From Utricularia gibba (taxonomy: Eukaryota; Plantae; Magnoliophyta): a DNA stretch of 23,538 nt. A model generated the notes under the pieces. The model searched no databases, was not told where the DNA came from, and worked only from the letters and a program-made list of their open reading frames with translations. Numbering within the stretch: position 1 is the first letter of the stretch; each line of letters begins with the position of its first letter. Shown here piece after piece: positions 22,408 through 23,538 of the stretch. Where the stretch lies: assembly GCA_002189035.1 (NCBI GenBank), contig NEEC01000221.1:1-23538 (forward strand). The letters are read 5' to 3'. The position numbers and the translations under genes are program-made.

Positions 22408-22895
22408 TTACGTCAGCCGGGGGATGCTACACCGGAGATGACGCTGCCTCGCCGTCCACCGCCGCGACCTCCTCCTACACCTAACCTTATAATAAATGCC
22501 CTTAACATTTTCCCAGTTCGCAAAGACGAAAAGCGGCGGGAGAGCGTGAGCGGCACGTAGAACGAGCAACGTGGGTGCAGGAAGAGAGAAAAGAAGGCGA
22601 GGGTTGCGACGATGGCTGTGAACGAAGCCGGAAGAACCATCAGCTCGTCCCACGCCGAGCAGGCGCCGTTCAGGGCGTCGATTGTCCAGTACGCGAAGAA
22701 GTTGGCTAGGAATAGTCTCATCATCGGAACTTGAACGGGGTCGACGCCTTTCACTTGATACGTCACCAGAAGGATGCCCAGTGGGATCGGAATCAGCCTC
22801 CCGGTGATGGTTTTGAACACTGCCCGCAGCCTCTTCATCGTCATCGTCCTCGTGGAAGGGTTCGGTTTCCCAGTCTCCGGCGTCGGCGCGCCCAT
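22408..22895 (-). CDS. Uncharacterised ~4-TM membrane protein, copy A3 (distant paralogue, intronless; probable -1 frameshift at 22538-22540)
   Basis: TATATATAA near 22975-22983 and GCCATGG start at 22895. VFKTITGRLIPIPLGILL...VPMMRLFLANFFAYWTI...ASFTAIVATLAFFSLFLHPRCSFYVP aligns with A2 IFKFLIKNIIPVTTSLLL...VPVLWIFLTSLFVYSTL...ASASAAIALFAFLAFFMPTRFSFIP. The shared ANW(D/E)N motif lies in a different frame after 22540. Confidence 0.6.
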
Positions 22896-23538
22896 GGCTG
22901 GCGAATTGATATGCGGCGCAGGGTGAGAAATGCACAAGAGAAGTGAAATATTCAGCGTTCGAAGACGGGAGAGATTATATATACAGAAGGGAGACCCTCG
23001 ATAGAGGAATTATATATTTAAATTATTTGTAATTATATAAATACACAATTACACATCATTAAAAATAAATTTTAATTAATATATCGTTTTACAAATATGC
23101 ACCTAAAATAATATTTTATTTTATAGATATATTTAAAATATACAGTTTGCAGCAATTAAAAATAACATATTCTTAATTTTCATTTGTATTTAATCTCCGG
23201 ATCATGATTTGAAATCGATTATTGCGATTTTTTGTATTTTTTCCGTGTTTTTATAATGTTTTTCCCTATTAACATACATTATGTCATGCTTTCATAATAG
23301 AATATTATATCTCTTCATTTATAGTGAAATATCATGGTTTGATTATTATTGTTGGTATGCTTATATTTTAATAGGATTTTTTTTTCATCCATGACTTGTT
23401 TGTAGTTTTATTAGATTTATAAAAAAAATTAAAAAATAGGATAAATATGAAAAAAAAATGAAACTTGACATGATCAGTAAAAGTCACATAGTAAAAAGAT
23501 ATGACAGACAATGTCTAATAATAGCATTTATACTACAC

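Overview
Eudicot plant nuclear genomic DNA with short GT-AG introns and very AT-rich spacers. In order: a Tourist-like MITE just upstream of an intact 5-exon RPS13 gene; an intronless clade-A AT-hook/PPC (AHL) gene with one -1 frameshift in a C run; and a decayed SMAD/FHA coiled-coil gene on the minus strand, cut by a hAT-like insertion and joined to unidentified exon-like sequence. From ~11.0 to 15.6 kb is a rearranged block. Its ~1.25-kb inverted duplication carries, in each arm, an uncharacterised two-exon ~4-TM gene plus the 5' end of a VAP27 gene. Between the arms a cyclophilin fragment is fused head-on to the truncated VAP27. Then come a degenerate Ty1/copia fragment, an intact CYP18-1-type cyclophilin, a MULE-like foldback element and a third, distant member of the 4-TM family. 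The most unusual features are the three-member 4-TM family, its inverted-repeat arrangement, and a recurring 'one C missing before G' frameshift in three genes that may be a sequencing artefact. All alignments were made by eye and homology calls are from recall, not database searches.
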